A stretch of 64,000 nt of DNA from the human T2T-CHM13v2.0 reference genome, Homo sapiens. Positions 58,785 through 64,000 of this stretch are shown in pieces; positions within the stretch are counted from its first letter, which is position 1, and every line of letters starts with the position of its first letter. The notes beneath the pieces are model-generated. The model ran no database searches, had not been told where the DNA came from, and saw only the letters and a list, made by a program, of their open reading frames with translations. Location: NCBI RefSeq assembly GCF_009914755.1, contig NC_060934.1; one strand, written 5' to 3'. A program made the position numbers and the translations under genes.

Positions 58785-60227
58785 TGGGATGATTATAAAC
58801 CACTCACTGGAGAAATTAGGGTTTATACTGATTTTCATGTTTGAAATAACAGGGAAATGAAAGCTGAGTGGAGATTTGCAAATACTCTTGAAAAGAAATG
58901 GAATTATTTTTCCCCTCTATCCAACTTCACTGTCAACATGGAAGAGTTAAGAATAATTTAGGACTATTTTTTTAAAAACTACTTTATTAAGATGTGACTG
59001 ACATACACAAAACAGCAGTACATATTTAATGGATAACATTTGATGACTTTGGAGTTTTTTTTTTCTTATACATTTCTTCAACAGATACTCAAGGATTTTA
59101 AATGACTGTTAAAGATGCTCTATCATTACCCATCTAGATTTTTTAATTTTTTGTTTTTTTACTAAGAAGATCGTTCAACTAAAACAAACAAAAATCATGA
59201 GACTAGAAGTGTGAATAGAGAATTTTATATTCCCTAAGTTTTTTAATGCCTTTAAAATACCAACATCACAACAACAGTTTGTTAACATCTGTTTAGAAGA
59301 ATTACTTTTCATTACATTATTCAATCATTAAAATGGACAAGGTCCTCAGGGGGTGTGGTATTTGGAAACTAGTAGACATTTAATACATTTAAGCTAAATG
59401 AACAATGCTATCAGCAAGTATTTAAGGAGCACCTACTCTACACCTCATCCTATGAAAGGAAACGTGAAACTTGGGCTTTACCCTTAATTGTGAGTTTGTA
59501 TATTTCAGACACTGAGGGACTTTCTCTGTTATTCTACAATGTATTTTTAATAGTTTTCTAGACCAAGTGATTAAGGACACTGCAGAACTGGAGGATGCTT
59601 TGAATGGGAAGATTCATGTTCTGATAAGGAAGGGGAAGACTATAAATAGCATTGTTGTCATTTAAACAAATAGTGGCATTGAGGAATGGCAAATGAGGAA
59701 GACCAGGCTGTTCCTGGTCATAATTCTGACAAGGTGGACCAAGAAGAAAGGGAAAGGACCTTGTTTCCCTTCCGGTGTCGGTCCAGGCTTTTATCAGTGC
59801 TCATCAGGGATTGGCTGGACCTTCTTCCCTAACCAATAACGAAAACCAGGCTTCCTGACATGTGCTTGAAACTGATAGGAACTCAGTGCAAGGCTAGAAA
59901 AGTCAGTGAAGACAGGGAGTTAGCTTGGGAGTTTAGCTTTTTGATCGCATTGGTAAGCTTCTTCTTTCAGCCAGTCTTGTTCTCTTTTTTGCTTTAGCTC
60001 TCAATCTTTGGCCAATCTATCTTTGCACTGTGGCAAAGAAAGACATTAATACTGTGTAAGCCCACCCCTGCTTTGTGGCTCATTGCTGTTATGATTTAAC
60101 AAAAGAAGGTATCATTTTGCTGTCTTTCATTAAGGAAGAAACTCTCAGCTAAGATGGCCCTTCTTAACATTTACTTGACTTCAAAAATATACCTAGCTCT
60201 TGACTTCAAACAATTTGCAGGCATTAC

Positions 60228-60375
60228 CTTGTTGTTGCGTTCGATTCCAACATAATCTGCCTCTTCTGGTATCATTACAAAGAGTTCAGCTTCATATGCT
60301 CCTTCCCCTTCATTTCTTGCATTTATTATGAGCATAAGGTGATTTTCATCTCCAATGATTACCTGATGCTTATCT
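60228..60375 (-). CDS. ITGA8: Integrin alpha-8 coding exon (probably exon 20), 148 nt, calf-1
   Basis: (P)DKHQVIIGDENHLMLIINARNEGEGAYEAELFVMIPEEADYVGIERNNK, with the NxGEGAYEAEL motif. tttttag|A ... AAG|gtaatg, phase 2-0. Confidence 0.96.
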
Positions 60376-60561
60376 CTAAAAATGCAGTTTAAAAAGAAGG
60401 ATTAGGTACTCTACTTCTTGGCTTCGTGAATATTTTATTTAAGGATTTATAGAGGAGGAAAAGAAAAATGGCAAGTGCAAAAAAAGAAGATGGACCATCA
60501 TGAAGAGATGGTAGGAAGAGGCAAGAGAATCATCTCTGGGTAAAAAGGGCAGGAAAACACC

Positions 60562-60776
60562 CAGTAGTGTGTTGGTAAATGTTTAACAACCAGTTCTCAA
60601 AAAAAAAAAAAAAAAAAAAAGGATTGATTTATAGCATTTTCAGATTCCAGTGGTGTAAATCCATGAACCGTGGTCATTTTCAAGCTACCAACATATTTAA
60701 CAATCTACCAACAAAATTACTGCAAATTTAACATTTCACTTACAAGCCAGAATGAAGCAGCTTCAGCACTTCACTG
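60562..60776. mobile_element. MER63-like hAT DNA transposon with internal A22
   Basis: Termini cagtagtgtgttgg ... tcagcacttcactg, internal ttcaagctaccaac, degenerate 8-bp TSD aaaacacc/aaaacata. Confidence 0.75.
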
Positions 60777-61742
60777 AAAACATACATTAGGAAGAAAATG
60801 GGCAATGGAATAAAAGGAAGAGAGGTGGTTTAGAAAGTAAGAGGGATAGATTAATGCAAAGGAAATAATGAGAGGGAAGAAGCAGGCAGATACAATAAGA
60901 TCTTAAATCACTGGTAGAGGACTTCAAGGTATTTTGAAGACATGCAGTTCACTTAGAACTGCAAATCAAGCCAATAGTTGGAAATGCCTACTCCACTTTT
61001 TAACCTTACTTAAAGCGATTGCATTTGAAGTTGATAAATTATGAAATTTGGGGGAAGTCCCTCTGAGAAGTTACCAAGCAGATTCCAAACACTGGCAGTG
61101 AGATAGTTCCTGGGAGGGAAAGAAACACAAATCTGTTTCTTGACCACAGAATGTTTTACATCCTAGTCCATGTCTTCCCATAACAGAATACAGTGCAATT
61201 TCCAGTGCTGGAATGGGGGCGTCCATTACTGGCAACTGTGAAGCCCTTTGATTCGTTTCAATTTTGTGACACCTTCTGCTTTACTCCATAGAGTGCTATT
61301 TAGGTTTATTTATTCAATAAGTTAAAATTAATTTTGTTTTGACAGTTTTAAGGATGGCTTTGAGTCATGGGGTGCTGAAAAAAAGTTTGGTTGAAGGTGT
61401 AGATGGAACCTGCCTGTCTGAATCCTTTGTCTACTTGACTGAGGCAAGTAAACATAACCCGAGCCACCCCATCAATGAGTTTACTTTCAACAAAAACATT
61501 TTTTCCCCACTTTTGCTGAAAGATGAAACGACCCAGGCAAAATCTTAGGGTGTGTCATTTGACACCAATGACAAATAACTGACCCAAACCACAGGCTAAC
61601 CCAAAGTGTAGCCAAGCTCAAGAATTTCACGCAGCATAGTTTTTGGTAGTTATTGGAAGTGTATACTTTCTCCAGAGAACCTTTACATAAATACCTGTAA
61701 TTCCATTAGATAGAAAGTACACATTTAGTTATTTAAACTTAC

Positions 61743-61810
61743 GGTCTAGCCGACAGCTTCAAGTCAGGAACACACAGATTGTCTTCTCCACAGTCCACCA
61801 GAATGTGAGC
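61743..61810 (-). CDS. ITGA8: Integrin alpha-8 coding exon (probably exon 19), 68 nt, genu
   Basis: AHILVDCGEDNLCVPDLKLSAR(P). DCGEDNxC is the conserved genu loop. cacag|GCT ... CC|gtaagt, phase 0-2. Confidence 0.95.
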
Positions 61811-62303
61811 CTGTGTTGTATAAACGCACGTCAGGAACAATCTAGGAAAATCTGATTCACATCCTTTTTCTTGAAAATTCTGAATGGTGCCACAAACGGA
61901 ACCAGAGCTTTCCTCTCACTATGCATGACTCTACCCAAGCCAATAGCCTACATTTCACAGTGACCTCCCAATACAGGCTACTTTACATAATAGCCCAATT
62001 CCAATGCACTCTGAAATATCTGCAAAGAATGCAACTCTGCCTATGGCTTGAGGATTACAGGCTGTATTGCTTCCATTACAGCCACATTTTGAACAAATTA
62101 AATCTTGATTGCACAAGAGGAAAGGCTTCCGAAAAACACAATCATGCAGTGTTTCAGGAAACATGGTAGGAAAACTCCCAAATGTTCCATGTCTGCATGC
62201 AGAAGTAAAAATGAAAGGAGCTGGCTTTAGTCTTAAAGCCATGAGAACAACACCCCAGAGAGTTTGCTTGAGAAAATGCCGTCAAAGACTGTGAAGGACT
62301 TAC

Positions 62304-62441
62304 CTGTTCACTAACAATGTTTTCTCTGTAGTAGTTCAATATTGGTTTCACTTCCAGGCCTTCTTTAAAGGTGGATTCGTCCAAACTGTAATTCAAACTA
62401 ATGTTGATTGGAGATAATTTATCTCGGAATTCAGTTTCATC
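62304..62441 (-). CDS. ITGA8: Integrin alpha-8 coding exon (probably exon 18), 138 nt
   Basis: DETEFRDKLSPINISLNYSLDESTFKEGLEVKPILNYYRENIVSEQ, with the integrin-alpha FRDKLSPI motif. ttttcctag|GAT ... CAG|gtaagt, phase 0-0. Confidence 0.96.
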
Positions 62442-63695
62442 CTAGGAAAAATAATCACAAACTCAACAGAGGCTCCATGAAATAGCTGCAAGATGTCAGT
62501 CTGCAAAAGTCAGGCAACACTGGAATTTACTCAATGAAAGTGAATGATGAAACAATTATCTTTGCAGCAGGCTTAGATGGAGGCTGATTTATGTGGTATA
62601 TAGTAGCCAGCATACCTAATATATGTGCAGTGATGAAATCATTTAGAGCTGCGGCTTCATTGAAATACGCTTCTGGAGCCAATCTTTGGGTTCTCCAGAC
62701 CTTCAACAACTCACGCAGAACTGGTCAAGTTGCAAAGTAAAAGATTACACGTGTATATCATAAATGTCACAAAAAACATCATGAATTTGGATTTTTATTT
62801 TCGTGAGGTTGCCAGAATTTATGAGTTCTCTCTTGGGGCTCAGAAGAAGAAAACATCTTGATTCTCTTCCTCTCATCATCTTTTTAAGCCCTTGCCTGCA
62901 TGAACTTCAGAACACCTTCAGGATATTTGAAGTTCTTTTGGAAAAAGAAACAGAACTCCTTTAGTAGAGAGGGGTAAGCACCAAACAGCAAGCACTAAAC
63001 ACACGGTGGATATGTCACCCTTCAATTGTTTGCCAATCAAGGGTCAGGTATCCAACTTTTCATTCTTGAGTGTGATTGTGAACCTGTGATCTTCCCTAGG
63101 GTGGTCCTTGCTAACTAAGTCCCCTAATGGAAAAGAGAAATTGAGACAGTTATCACAACCTCACAACCGGCAAGGTGAAGATAGGTAATTGTGTTATAAA
63201 TATTTTTACTTTAAAATTTCGGTAGGTTTTGAAGTCATTGTAAAAAGACATTACTTTAAATAAGATAATTATAAGTTACTTCTAATAAAAGCTTTGAATG
63301 CCTAAATATTTTCCTGAATTGGCTCTGAAACATGCATTGATAAAATCTAACAAGACATACTCACATAGGAGAAAAATTCACATAAACTGTGTTGCACTTT
63401 TATGTATTTTGGGGAGGAGGTGGGTAGAAATGAAAACCATGTGAGCTGAATGCCATTATAAAGATTTTGATCAAAATGAAAAGAAGCCTTAGAAATTAAT
63501 AGCAACACATCATCAGGTTAGTTGAAGTCAGGGTCAAGAGGAGAGTATTTGACCCTAAAATAAAGTTTCCTGCTATGAAAATGAAAACAGACAGATGGGG
63601 GTCTATGCAGACAAACATGATGGTTAAATGGAGAAAAATGGTTGGAATTTGGATATGAAGGAGAGAGGCCAGAGAAGTCTTTCTGGAATACTTAC

Positions 63696-63850
63696 TCGAA
63701 GGTAAACGATGAAATCCTGGCACTGGTGGGATTTCTGCCTTTTTATCACAAGAGGGAAGACGCGATGAGCCTGATGGTTATCAAGGAAGAGCGTCCGTTT
63801 AATAGCTCCTTTCTGTTTCAGGGAATCTAATTGCACCTCTGCCATCAAGA
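63696..63850 (-). CDS. ITGA8: Integrin alpha-8 coding exon (probably exon 17), 155 nt, thigh domain
   Basis: Translates (V)LMAEVQLDSLKQKGAIKRTLFLDNHQAHRVFPLVIKRQKSHQCQDFIVYLR. Acceptor ctgtcctttag|TC, donor CGA|gtaagt, phase 1-0. Matches human ITGA8 as recalled. Confidence 0.96.
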
Positions 63851-64000
63851 CTAAAGGACAGAAGTAAAGTAGAGAAAAAGTATTCAGTGAACACAGTGCT
63901 CTATCAGAGAGATGAATTTCTATTTCAAGTTGCTTATTCAGGAAACAGTTCTTTTTCATAGTTGAGACCAAGCATGATAAATGAGCTGGAAAAATTGTAT

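Noticed and set aside
63696-63850. Coding lesions in the ITGA8 exons
   Set aside because: All exon lengths, phases and GT-AG sites are intact and the peptide matches human ITGA8 as I recall it. I saw no disruptive variant, though subtle SNVs need an alignment.

Overview
Primate (almost certainly human) genomic DNA lying entirely within the integrin alpha-8 gene (ITGA8), which runs on the - strand. I mapped eleven consecutive internal coding exons by hand, 63850 down to 4480, totalling 1271 nt. All have GT-AG boundaries, and their phases join into one open frame (VLMAEVQLDSLKQK...RLWAHTFLQ) covering the thigh, genu, calf-1 and calf-2 ectodomain, including the RKR|D furin site. They are probably exons 17-27 of 30; the numbering is from memory. 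The rest is intron rich in interspersed repeats: about 36 Alu/FLAM, L1PA and L1M pieces including a roughly 5.5 kb nested L1M relic, L2, MIR, MaLR LTRs (MLT1, THE1, MST), a MER21-like LTR, MER20 and MER63. Apart from those overlapping the ITGA8 exons, the ORF-track entries are repeat-derived or chance. I see no new gene or multi-gene system. The best second-look items are four local structures: a perfect 42-bp hairpin apparently made by template switching inside an Alu (22847-22942); an L1-mobilised, polyadenylated MST-LTR retrocopy with a 16-bp target-site duplication (TSD; 10718-10942); an L1PA insertion with homopolymer tracts at both ends (56111-56295); and a strong CTCF motif (41431-41461). 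Repeat boundaries are approximate and subfamily names were assigned by eye.
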